A stretch of DNA of 64,000 bases from Thermodesulfobacteriota bacterium (GTDB taxonomy: Bacteria > Desulfobacterota > Desulfarculia > JACQYL01): NCBI GenBank assembly GCA_963675595.2, contig CAXXLZ010000002.1, positions 448,001-512,000 on the forward strand, written 5' to 3'. Of this stretch, positions 37,045 through 46,858 are shown piece after piece (the stretch's first letter is position 1; every line of letters begins with the position of its first letter). Position numbers and translations under genes: made by a program. A model generated the notes under the pieces. The model did not search any database and was not told where the DNA came from. It saw only the letters and a program-made list of their open reading frames with translations.

Positions 37045-39819
37045 TTAATCCGTCAATGATTCGGAGCGGAGCTTCTGCAACCGCTGTTCCGCTTTGAGAG
37101 GCAAAACAAAGGAAAATACCGACCCTTTGGATGGTACGCTGTCCACCCAGATGCGGCCTCCGTGAATTTCCACGATACGTTTGGTGATGGCGAGGCCGAG
37201 CCCGCTGCCTGCGGGACGTCCGCGCACGGCATCCTCCACTTGACGAAACTTCTCGAAAATAATGTTTTGCATGGCGGGACTGATACCGACCCCGTTGTCC
37301 CTTACGTCCACACGCAGGCTGTTTTTCTGGACCTTCACGGTAATGCCGATGAAGCCCCTTTCCGGATCGCAGAATTTCACCGCGTTGGAAACGAGATTCA
37401 TTACCACCTGAGTCAAGCGATCGTGATCCCCCTCGATCTTGGGCACTTGAACGGGGATTTCGAATTCGACCTCGATGCCCTTCTCTTCAATGATTCGTCC
37501 CAAAGAGGCGAACACTTCCTGAATCACCTCCCGGATATCCACCTGGGTGAAGTCCAAGGCCACCGCGCCCGACTCGACTTTCTGGAAGTCCAGCACCTCA
37601 TTGATCAGTCGGCTTAGACGTTCGCTTTCCCTAGTGACGATATCGAGAAACTCTTTCCGCTGGGCGACATCCATATCCGGGTTGTCGATGAGGATTTCGG
37701 CGAAAGCCCGAATGGAGGTCAGGGGAGTCCTGAGTTCATGAGTAATGGTTGAAATGAATTCGTCTTTCAGTTGGTCCAACTCCTGAAGTCTGGCGTTGGC
37801 CGCTCGAAGTTCCGCCGTGGCCTGCTCGAGCTGTCTCGATTTTCGCTCCAGTTCCCGGCTATACGCCTTGATCTGTCGGGCCTCATCCACAATGTGCATC
37901 ACTTCTTCAAGGCTGACGGGTTCCTCTTTGACCACGGAGGCCACCATGGCTCTCGCGGAAGCGGAACCGATGGCCCCCGCCAGAATCTTCTCCGCATAGT
38001 CCACAAGCCCGGGGTCCGCTTCCCATGACAGGCTCCAATCCACATTGTGTTGCTTGGCGTAGGCTGCGAAGATTTCGTCCGAACGTTTAGCGCCCAAAAA
38101 CCTGGCCAACAAAGATTTCAAATCCGGCACCAGGGCGCGCCCCTTCCAGATGGTGGATTCGGCCAACATGCCCGGGGGCCTGAACACATCCACAAACAGG
38201 TTTGCCTGGTTCAGCTCGATAACGGACGGGCGACTGAGAAGAGATCCGCCGACATACAGGGAAACATTGATCAACATGCTCCAGAACATGGCGTGAGAAA
38301 CCGGATCGAAGTGCTGAAGACCGAACAGATGATCGGGTCGGAGAATGCTGATGCCGAAGGGTCCCTCATCCAGCAGCGTCACCGGCAACAGGCCGGCGTG
38401 AGACAAAGAGGGCAGCACCAGCGTATAGGCCCAGATCAAGAAACCTCCGCTCAAACCGCACAGAGCGCCCCATCGGGTGCCCCCTTTCCAGAATATGCCC
38501 CCAAGGAGGGCCGGGGCGAACTGAGCCACCGCGGTGAAAGACACCAGCCCGATGGAGACCAGAGTGTAGAATTCCCCCACATAGCGGAAGTAAACGTAGC
38601 TGAGCAACAACACCAGTATGATGACGCCTCTTCGGATTCCCAGGAGAAGACCGCCCAGTTCCTTCCTTTGTAGAAGATTGGGCTCCGGGACCCTCAGCAA
38701 CACGGGCATGACCAGGTCGTTGCACACCATGGTGCTCAAAGCGATCGTCGCCACAATGACCATGCCCGTGGCCGCGGACATGCCTCCCAGGAAGACGAAG
38801 AGCGCCAACCACTCCTTTTTTTCGGCCATGGGCAGAGCCAGTACAAAGGAATCCGCCTCCACCGGTCCCCCCGCGAAATGGACCAATCCCGCGATGGTTA
38901 CGGGCAGGACGAAAAGGTTGATGGCCCAAAGGTACAGTGGAAACAACCAGATGGCTTTCCGTATATGATCCTCGTTCACGTTCTCCACAACGGCCACCTG
39001 GAATTGTCGGGGCAGCAGGATCACGGCAAGCATGGACAGGAACACCAGCCACGTCCAGTTTCCATAGGTCCCGTGGGCGTCTCCGAAATGAAACAGTTCC
39101 ATGAGGTTGGGCACGGTCTCCGCTTTGGTGAGGATATCCGAGAAACCGTTGTAAAGCCCATAAGTGACAAATATGCCCACGGCCAGGAAGGCGGCCAATT
39201 TCACCACGGATTCGAAAGCGATGGCCGCTACCAAGCCTTCGTGTCTTTCCGTTGCGTCCAAATGGCGGGTCCCGAAAAGGATCGTAAATGCGGCGAGCAC
39301 CAGGGCCGCATAGAACGCGGTGTCGTGAAAAATGGAAAGCTGCCCGGGATCCGTAGGCATTCGGATTTCCGGATATTCACTGATGACGAGAAAACTCGTG
39401 GATATGGCTTTTAACTGAAGAGAGATGTAGGGCACGATGCCCAAGACCGCGATGACCGTGGCGAGTCCGCCCAACAGGGTACTCTTCCCGTATCTGGAGG
39501 CGATGAAATCCGCGATGGAAGTGATGCGGTGTATCTTGCTGATCCTGACGATCTTCCGGAGGACGATCCACCATAGAGGCGCCAAGACGGTGGGCCCGAT
39601 ATAAATGGGGAGGAACCCCACGCCGGAATTGGCCGCCCGTCCCACGCTTCCGTAAAAGGTCCACGCCGTACAATATACCGTGAGTGAAAGCGCGTAGATG
39701 TATGGATTGGCGATAATGCTCCTGCCCGCATCGGCACGCTTATCACCGAAATACGCAATGGCGAACAAAAGGCCCAGATAGCCGAAGGAAACGGTGAGGA
39801 TAAACCCGCCCTGCAGCAT
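37045..39819 (-). CDS. CrbS-like SLC5/SSS-STAC sensor histidine kinase
   Basis: YALSLTVYCTAWTFYGSVG, SIADFIASRYGKS, PYISLQLKA, LPRQFQV; STAC (LLARFLG...LAGAIGSASAR); THELRTPL, NAVKF, DNGVG, GSGLGL. Confidence 0.92.
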   Translation of the reverse strand: MLQGGFILTVSFGYLGLLFAIAYFGDKRADAGRSIIANPYIYALSLTVYCTAWTFYGSVGRAANSGVGFLPIYIGPTVLAPLWWIVLRKIVRISKIHRITSIADFIASRYGKSTLLGGLATVIAVLGIVPYISLQLKAISTSFLVISEYPEIRMPTDPGQLSIFHDTAFYAALVLAAFTILFGTRHLDATERHEGLVAAIAFESVVKLAAFLAVGIFVTYGLYNGFSDILTKAETVPNLMELFHFGDAHGTYGNWTWLVFLSMLAVILLPRQFQVAVVENVNEDHIRKAIWLFPLYLWAINLFVLPVTIAGLVHFAGGPVEADSFVLALPMAEKKEWLALFVFLGGMSAATGMVIVATIALSTMVCNDLVMPVLLRVPEPNLLQRKELGGLLLGIRRGVIILVLLLSYVYFRYVGEFYTLVSIGLVSFTAVAQFAPALLGGIFWKGGTRWGALCGLSGGFLIWAYTLVLPSLSHAGLLPVTLLDEGPFGISILRPDHLFGLQHFDPVSHAMFWSMLINVSLYVGGSLLSRPSVIELNQANLFVDVFRPPGMLAESTIWKGRALVPDLKSLLARFLGAKRSDEIFAAYAKQHNVDWSLSWEADPGLVDYAEKILAGAIGSASARAMVASVVKEEPVSLEEVMHIVDEARQIKAYSRELERKSRQLEQATAELRAANARLQELDQLKDEFISTITHELRTPLTSIRAFAEILIDNPDMDVAQRKEFLDIVTRESERLSRLINEVLDFQKVESGAVALDFTQVDIREVIQEVFASLGRIIEEKGIEVEFEIPVQVPKIEGDHDRLTQVVMNLVSNAVKFCDPERGFIGITVKVQKNSLRVDVRDNGVGISPAMQNIIFEKFRQVEDAVRGRPAGSGLGLAITKRIVEIHGGRIWVDSVPSKGSVFSFVLPLKAEQRLQKLRSESLTD

Positions 39820-40052
39820 CAGCGACCTCGCTCCTTGGATTTTCGGGAAGAACCCTTCACCGGGCCCCGGGTGACGATCATGAAAAGAACGATCATCACG
39901 GCCCAGATCGCGAAGAAATAGGCGACCAACAGGGGAATTCCCAGAACGTTCACGTCACTGTTGAATAGGGAGAGGATCGGGTAGTCGAAAAGCAGGGCAC
40001 CCAGAAGAAAGATGGCGATGAGCCACTGATTTCCTCGGTTTCCGGAGGGCAT
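39819..40052 (-). CDS. Small 2-TM membrane protein coupled to the CrbS-like kinase
   Basis: Two hydrophobic helices (FDYPILSLF, VLGIPLLVAYFFAIW); TGATG overlap with the kinase start. Confidence 0.8.
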   Translation of the reverse strand: MPSGNRGNQWLIAIFLLGALLFDYPILSLFNSDVNVLGIPLLVAYFFAIWAVMIVLFMIVTRGPVKGSSRKSKERGR

Positions 40053-40217
40053 GGGCAGGCTGGTCTTTCACCCGGCCGGCGTCGGGATACGTGTCGGGGT
40101 TCGGGACGCCTTCAGGCGTTGGTCACGCTTTCCGCCGGAGCACGAGCATGGCGACGCGCCGATCCGCCGCCGAAAGCGGATGGGAATCGGCGCGCCTCAA
40201 GTTGCGTCAGGCCGGGA

Positions 40218-40304
40218 TTAACCGAACACTCCGGCTCCGAACAGAATCACCCAAAAGATGGAAAAAGCCACCAAACAAATCATGGTAATGTCTTCGGCTT
40301 TCAT
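40218..40304 (-). CDS. 28-aa single-TM small protein (not in the ORF track)
   Basis: AAAGGAG SD, then ATG; MKAEDITMICLVAFSIFWVILFGAGVFG-TAA; lies between the SSS transporter and the kinase genes. Confidence 0.65.
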   Translation of the reverse strand: MKAEDITMICLVAFSIFWVILFGAGVFG

Positions 40305-40414
40305 GAATGTACTCCTTTCGCACGCGGCGTGAGAAAGGCGCGTTGCCGCACCGTTCCAGGACGCCGAGGCGAGGTCGTGTCACCCTTCGCCCCGGGATCC
40401 AGCTGTTTGCCGGT

Positions 40415-42202
40415 TCAGGTGATCTCCTCCACCACGATGTTCTGCTCCTTTTCCGCGCGTGCGATCTGCTCATCCGTGATGGTGGACATTTCCGCTTTGA
40501 AACAGAGGCCCCACATCATGACGATGCCGACGATCCACCAAGCGATCTGCCAGGACCACACATGAGGGAACCCCGCGAAACTGAACGCGTTGTTCCCGAG
40601 GATACAAGCGGGACCGATGGCGAAGAAGTACCACGCGGGCACGATGAACTTCATGGCATTGCGCCATTTCTGACCCGCTTCACTGGGCTTTTCGATGCTG
40701 GCCAGCCACTCTCGGACCTCTCTCTGACGTTCGATGGTCTCGGGATTGTCCTTGAAGCCGAGTCCTTTGCAGAGATAGGCCACGATGAGGCCCACGCCCA
40801 CGCCCCAAGCCGCGGAGTGAATGGTGAGGGGATATTTGATGGCAGGGATTCCATACGTGACGTATACCGCCACCATGCCGGAGAGAATACCCAACACGGT
40901 GCCCATGGAAGGCCACTTCCACCCCCACAACACTCCGAGCAGGGGAATGTACATGACGAAGCCGAAGGCCGTGGCCAAGGCTCCCAGCATGACCAGGGCC
41001 GCCTTGGAGGTCATGCCCACGGCCAGGGCCGCAATGGTCAGGATGGTGGTGAACATGCGGTTGATCCAGATCTGCTCCGCATGACCGCCCTTCTTACCAC
41101 GCACGTACCGCCACCACACGTCCCGGAGGAGAATCGAGCCGCCGGTGCCGATGTAAGGCGCCGCCGTGGAGTGCATGGCGGCAATGGCCCCGATGAACAC
41201 GATCCCCAACATGAAGCCGGGTAGGTAGGTTTTCATCAAGAGCGGTACCACGTCGGAGTCCTTGGCCAGCGAGATCACCCCCTGGTCGGCCAGAATCCTG
41301 GCGGCCATGCCCTGGAACGCGGTGAAGAAGAACAGGGCGAAGCCCACCACAAAGGTGGACATAAAGGCCTGCTGCCAGGGAAAGGGCCTGGGATTCTTGT
41401 TGGCGAAGGCCCACAGGGTGAAGGCGGGAGAAGACTGAATTCCCATGAGAGCGAACATGTAGGTCAGGATCATGATGCCGGTCCAACGCGTCTTGCCGAC
41501 GGTGAAGTCGATGACCGAAGGCACCTCGAGATACTTGGCCTCCAGTCGGCCGACTTCCATGGACAGCTTGCTCCAGCCGCCGAAGTCGTAAAGCACGTAG
41601 GCCCCGAGGATGATGATGCCGCCCACGAGGAAGAGAAATTGCATCACCCCCACCCAGGTACTGGCGCGAAGACCTCCTGTGACCACGTAGAACCACACCA
41701 CAAAGGCCAGGAAGATGGCGCCGTAGGTGGCCGGCATACCGGTGACCCAGTGAAACAAGGCGCCGGATGCCATGAGCTGCACTGCGGAATAAAACATTCC
41801 ATAAAGAAAGGCCGTGATGACGACCAACCAACGTACGCCTTCGTTGTTGTAGTAATAGGCGTACATGTCGCCCGGCGTGATGAAGCCGTAGCGCTTGCCC
41901 ATAAGCCAAGTTCGCTTGGCAAAAAATGTTCCGGTAATGGGAATGGTGAGTACGTAGAATGACGCGAAGGCGTAAGCCAGACCGTCCCGCCAGATAAGAC
42001 CGGGATGGCCGATGAAGGTCCAGCCGCTGAAGGAAGCCGCGGTGGCCGCCATCAAAAAGGCGATCATGGGAATGGAACGTCCGCCGATGGTGTAGCCGGA
42101 GGACGTCTTTTCGGTGAAATACCCCTTAAGTCCCCAGTAGAAGCAGTAAATGATGTAAATACCGAGCATTATGTAAACCCAAGTACTTGTTCCTCCCTCC
42201 AT
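40415..42202 (-). CDS. Sodium:solute symporter (SSS), probable monocarboxylate/acetate permease
   Basis: About 14 TM; AASFSGWTFIGHPG, KRYGFITPGD, GGLRA, AAMHST; divergent from acs. Confidence 0.88.
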   Translation of the reverse strand: MEGGTSTWVYIMLGIYIIYCFYWGLKGYFTEKTSSGYTIGGRSIPMIAFLMAATAASFSGWTFIGHPGLIWRDGLAYAFASFYVLTIPITGTFFAKRTWLMGKRYGFITPGDMYAYYYNNEGVRWLVVITAFLYGMFYSAVQLMASGALFHWVTGMPATYGAIFLAFVVWFYVVTGGLRASTWVGVMQFLFLVGGIIILGAYVLYDFGGWSKLSMEVGRLEAKYLEVPSVIDFTVGKTRWTGIMILTYMFALMGIQSSPAFTLWAFANKNPRPFPWQQAFMSTFVVGFALFFFTAFQGMAARILADQGVISLAKDSDVVPLLMKTYLPGFMLGIVFIGAIAAMHSTAAPYIGTGGSILLRDVWWRYVRGKKGGHAEQIWINRMFTTILTIAALAVGMTSKAALVMLGALATAFGFVMYIPLLGVLWGWKWPSMGTVLGILSGMVAVYVTYGIPAIKYPLTIHSAAWGVGVGLIVAYLCKGLGFKDNPETIERQREVREWLASIEKPSEAGQKWRNAMKFIVPAWYFFAIGPACILGNNAFSFAGFPHVWSWQIAWWIVGIVMMWGLCFKAEMSTITDEQIARAEKEQNIVVEEIT

Positions 42203-43947
42203 TCCTTACCTCCTAACACGCGGTCCGGTTGCTTTGCGGAATGCCGCACATGTTTGTTGAATGACGTGGAACTCGGGTTTTCAGTCTGTCGCCGGTGTCG
42301 GAAATCCCTCCTTTCCCCTGAAAGGGGTACCCAATACGGGCCGCCGCCCGCCGGGAACGAGGTGCGGGACAAAAAAATACCGGTTCCCGATTATACCGGT
42401 ACCGGTTCTTTTTCTTTGTTGGAACCCATCACTCATGAAGCGGATCACGTCCCAACCTCCCTTCCCTCGGGTTGCCCTCTTCGCCGTCCCGCCTGCCGGT
42501 CAATTGCCGGGAACAGGCAGTCGGCGCCTTCGGCCGATTCTTCCCTTGGAGCGTACACGGCATCGCAGGGTTACCCATTCATTGAACACTACGGCAAGAA
42601 CGGGTTGCTGATTGGGAAAATTTACAGAACAACACCACCGGTGACCATGCAACTTCATTAGGACTCACCGGGGCAGTCCCAAACCCTCTCAATCCCCCAC
42701 CCGACAAGCGCGGCCAAGTAAGGGACCTTGCGCCGGAGGCTCTGCAAAGGCTCCGGATTCTGCGAACCTAACCTTTTCCCTCTCACCTCCTTTCGCGCCC
42801 GGAAATGAACTACCACAGGAAACATCCTGAATATAGGCGGAAATTGTTATCCTTTCTCTCATAGTCCCCCGGCGACTGTCAAGAAGGAAAATTTCTTTCC
42901 CTGGAAGGATCACGCATGGAAGAGGCTAACTCACTGAGTTCCAACAGGAACCGACGGCGAAAGTCGAAACTTTTTGTGGCCATCCGGCGGAAATCGGACC
43001 AAGGCTTGGTTGCCACGCGAAGTTTTTTTAGTACCGGTCCGTGAACGTACGAAAGCCGTCGCTCCCTCAACACGCCCGACCGTTCTTAACTTGCTGATGC
43101 CACAATATATCGGACCGATTCGACCGTTCTTCCCGTACATGGCCGCAGCCTTTCAGAATTATGCTTTATTTTGCAGGAAAACTAGGGTAAGAGAAGAAGC
43201 TAGCCGTTACTTCCAATTCTCTACAGCGCGATGCGATGCCGGAATTGCGACTTCATCCCAATCTTTCGACGGACTCCATCCGGCGTGCGGCGATACGATT
43301 TCTCAACTAAGCCTATACGATAACAACGCCACTCAGGATTACGGATATCGAGATTACAGACGGGATGGAGAGGGGTACGTGATCCCCACACCCATTCGTC
43401 TGCATGTCGACACGGCGGATCGTTTTGTGTTCGCCGAACCCCAATGGAAAGGAGGGATGCCGTTCAGCGGTCTCCGACCGCTTCAGGCCGGTCGAGTTCA
43501 GGCCGACGTTTAGACGCCGACGGCGGGAGCTGTTCGAAACCCGCTTTGCCCGGCCCTCTCCGTCATGCCCTTAGAGCCTTCGATCGGTTCCGTTCGCCGG
43601 ACTTCTGCTCTGACGAAACCGGGAGGCTTGACTGTACGCATTAACCACCCTGTTTTCGAAGCAAAGAGCGATTTCCAACCGCTTAGTCGGTCATCCGGAA
43701 ACGTTGTTGTTCCCGGATAAGACCCTCTTAGGAGTACGCAACGGACCTATGTGCCGCTTCTTCACCCGCCACAACCATCCCCACGTCGGATGTAGAGAAG
43801 CCCCTCCGCAGGGCATCTCCTATCCAGGCTGTCTTTTTCTCCCCCACCCGACTTCAACCGTCGGACCAGGCCGTCTTTGCCGGACGATTCGGCGCAGTCG
43901 TATTCCGAGCAACTCCACCACCACCACAAGACAAGGAGGGTATTGTA

Positions 43948-45933
43948 ATGGCGGTTATTGAAAAGGATGGGAAGTTCTATCCCGACGAGCAGTTCGTCGC
44001 CCAAGCCCACGTCAAGAGCTTCCAGCAGTATCAGGAAATGTACAAGAGGTCCGTCGAAGACCCTGAGGGTTTCTGGATGGATGTGGCCAACGAGTTGTTC
44101 TGGTACAAGAAACCCGAAAAGGTCATGGAGTACAACTTCGATATCCGCAAAGGCAAGGTCTTTCACAAATGGTTCGAGGGCGGTGTCACCAACATGTGCT
44201 ACAATGCGATAGATCGGCACCTCGATACCCCCACCCGCAACCGTGCCGCCATCATCTGGCAAGGCGAACCCGACGAAGACACCAAAGTCTTGACGTATCA
44301 GACCCTCCATCGGGAAGTCTGTCGATTCGCCAACGTGCTCAAGAAGAAAGGCCTCAAACGCGGGGATCGTGTCAGCATCTATCTTCCCATGATCTGGCAG
44401 CTTCCCGTGGTCATGCTTTCCTGCGCCCGCCTGGGCCTCCCGCACAGCGTGGTTTTCGGCGGATTCTCCGCCGACGCCTTGGCCCATCGTGTGGAGGAGA
44501 GCGAATCCAAGCTCCTGATCACCACGGATCATTCCATCCGGGCCGGAAAACTGTTCAACCTGAAAGACAACGCCGATGAAGCCCTGAAGAGCTGCCCCAA
44601 ATGCGAATACGTCATTGTGGTGCAGAGGACCGGCAAGGACATCCCCTGGACCGAAGGTAGGGACTCCTGGTACCACGAGGAAATGGTCGCCGAAGACATC
44701 TCGGATGTCTGCGAGTGCGAGCAGATGGGCGCCGAAGACATGCTTTATCTGCTTTACACCAGCGGCAGCACGGGTAAGCCCAAAGGGCAGGTGCACACCA
44801 CGGGCGGATATCTGGTCTATACGTATCTGACCCAGAAGCTCGTCTTCGACCTGCAGCCGGAGAGCCTGTACTGGTGCATGGCGGACATCGGGTGGGTCAC
44901 GGGTCACAGCTACATCGTGTACGCGCCGCTGGTCAACGGCACCACCACTTTCATGTACGAAGGCACTCCCCTGTATCCCAAACCCGACCGTGCTTGGGAA
45001 CTGATTGAACGATACAAAATCAACATCTGCTACACCGCTCCCACGGCCATTCGGGCCCTGTCCCGCCAAGGCGAGGATTGGCCCCGAAACAGAGACATGT
45101 CCAGCCTCAGACTGCTGGGCACCGTGGGTGAGCCCATCAACCCCGAAGCCTGGCTCTGGTACCACGAAAACGTGGGTAAAGGAAACTGCCCCATCGTGGA
45201 TACCTGGTGGCAAACGGAAACCGGCGGTATCTGCATCACGCCGCTGCCCGGCGCTTGGCCCACCAAACCCGGCGCCGCCACCTTCCCCTTCTTCGGCATC
45301 ATTCCCAAGGTGACCGACCCCGGAGCGGAAGACGAGACCAAACGCGGTGAAGAAATGGCGGCCGGAAAAACGGGCCACCTCTGCATTGAAAAACCCTGGC
45401 CCGGATTGTCCCGTACCATCTACGGAGACCATGAGCGTTGGGAGCAGACCTACTTCGCCGATTATCCCGGCATGTATTTCACCGGCGACGGTTGCCTCAT
45501 GGACGAAGAGGGATATCACTTCCTCCAGGGCCGGGTGGACGACGTCATCAACATCTCCGGCCATCGCATCAGCACCGCGGAAGTGGAAAGCGCCCTGGTG
45601 CTCCATCCCTCCGTGGCGGAAGCCGCTGCTGCGGGCATGCCCCACGAAATCAAGGGGCAAGGCATTTACGTCTTTGTCACCCTCAAGATGGGCGTGGATG
45701 GAACCGATGAGCTGAAAAAAGAGCTCATCAACCATGTACGAAAAGAGATCGGCGCCATCGCCACTCCGGATAAGCTCCAGTTCGCCCCCGCCCTTCCCAA
45801 AACTCGAAGCGGCAAAATCATGCGTCGAATTCTGAGGAAAATCGCGGAGGACAAGACGGACGAACTGGGCGACGTTTCCACGCTGGAAGACTCCGAAGTG
45901 ATCACTCGCCTCGTGGCGGAGAGAATCGAATAA
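43948..45933 (+). CDS. acs: Acetyl-CoA synthetase (AMP-forming)
   Basis: YTSGSTGKPKG, ADIGWVTGHSY, VGEPINPEAW, VDTWWQTETG, GRVDDVINISGHR, PKTRSGKIMRR (acetylation Lys). Confidence 0.97.
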   Translation: MAVIEKDGKFYPDEQFVAQAHVKSFQQYQEMYKRSVEDPEGFWMDVANELFWYKKPEKVMEYNFDIRKGKVFHKWFEGGVTNMCYNAIDRHLDTPTRNRAAIIWQGEPDEDTKVLTYQTLHREVCRFANVLKKKGLKRGDRVSIYLPMIWQLPVVMLSCARLGLPHSVVFGGFSADALAHRVEESESKLLITTDHSIRAGKLFNLKDNADEALKSCPKCEYVIVVQRTGKDIPWTEGRDSWYHEEMVAEDISDVCECEQMGAEDMLYLLYTSGSTGKPKGQVHTTGGYLVYTYLTQKLVFDLQPESLYWCMADIGWVTGHSYIVYAPLVNGTTTFMYEGTPLYPKPDRAWELIERYKINICYTAPTAIRALSRQGEDWPRNRDMSSLRLLGTVGEPINPEAWLWYHENVGKGNCPIVDTWWQTETGGICITPLPGAWPTKPGAATFPFFGIIPKVTDPGAEDETKRGEEMAAGKTGHLCIEKPWPGLSRTIYGDHERWEQTYFADYPGMYFTGDGCLMDEEGYHFLQGRVDDVINISGHRISTAEVESALVLHPSVAEAAAAGMPHEIKGQGIYVFVTLKMGVDGTDELKKELINHVRKEIGAIATPDKLQFAPALPKTRSGKIMRRILRKIAEDKTDELGDVSTLEDSEVITRLVAERIE

Positions 45934-45995
45934 ACGAACCGGATCCCAACTTCTTCGCGGCCCTCCTTCCTTGAAGGAGGACTGTCGGGAAAGCA

Positions 45996-46039
45996 TCGGA
46001 GGGGCCTTTTCGATGTGAGAAAAGGCCCCTCCGATTATT
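45996..46039 (+). terminator. Intrinsic terminator after acs
   Basis: TCGGAGGGGCCTTTTC-loop-GAAAAGGCCCCTCCGA followed by TTATTTT. Confidence 0.75.
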
Positions 46040-46103
46040 TGGGATGGCAACCATTCCGGACGGCTTGCGGGAGTCCGCCGGCAAGCGGCTTCCCCCCGGC
46101 CTC

Positions 46104-46232
46104 CAACAGTGCCCCAAAAAAGTCGGATTGTTGCGGGCCGTTGAAAAACGATGAGATGCAAGGCGCCCAAATCCCGATCAACGAGGCGTACATGGAAGTA
46201 CGCCGCAGATTGCGTTTTTCCACGGGCTGCTA
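46104..46232 (-). repeat. MITE/REP-like element, copy 2 (internally deleted)
   Basis: GTTGAAAAACGATGAGATGCAAGGCGC...GAGGCGTAC...GTACGCCGCAG; lacks ~30 nt between the ACGCCGCAG direct repeats present in the other copies. Confidence 0.8.
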
Positions 46233-46766
46233 AAACTCGATTCCCCTCTGCGCCTTGATCCCCTGTTTATGGTGATGTTTGACTTCCCGCATCTCGGTCA
46301 CCGTGTCCGCAGCGTCCATGATGGTCTGAGGCGCCCGCCTGCCGGTGAGTATCAAATTCACGGACGACGGCTTGTTTTTCAGCAGTTCCACCACTTCTTC
46401 CTCGCCGATGAAACCGTAATCCACGATGAGATGAATCTCATCCAGGACCACCAAGTCGTAATCCCCTGACATGACTTTGCTTCGAGCCGTTTCCCAGGCG
46501 GAGCGAGCCTGTTCCCTGTCCTTGTCGGAACTCTCGTGACGTTTCACCATGCCCAGGCCGAGCGGATGAATCTCCAGATTCGGCACGTGGCGAATCGATT
46601 CCAGTTCTCCATACTTCCAGGCTCCCTTGATGAACTGGATGATGATCACTCTGAGTCCCTGCCCCGCCGCGCGCAGCGCCGCCCCCAAAGCGGCCGTGGT
46701 TTTGCCTTTGCCGTTGCCCGTGTTCACCAGGATCAAACCCCGGTGTTCTTCCGATGTGGTTTTCAC
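46230..46766 (-). CDS. cobO: Cob(I)yrinic acid a,c-diamide adenosyltransferase
   Basis: NTGNGKGKTTAALG, QFIKG, LDEI, LTGR, ADTVTEM, AQRGIEF. Confidence 0.95.
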   Translation of the reverse strand: MKTTSEEHRGLILVNTGNGKGKTTAALGAALRAAGQGLRVIIIQFIKGAWKYGELESIRHVPNLEIHPLGLGMVKRHESSDKDREQARSAWETARSKVMSGDYDLVVLDEIHLIVDYGFIGEEEVVELLKNKPSSVNLILTGRRAPQTIMDAADTVTEMREVKHHHKQGIKAQRGIEF

Positions 46767-46858
46767 TGAAGCCGGCCTCCGTTCGTTATTGATTCGTGGA
46801 AGTCATAAGCGTCAACACGGGAACAAGCGTCTGAACAAGACCCCGTGTCCGATGCGTT

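Noticed and set aside
42974-43513. 179-aa ORF, and an 18-aa ORF at 43457
   Set aside because: No homology cues; the SD-like AGGAGG is too close to the ATG.
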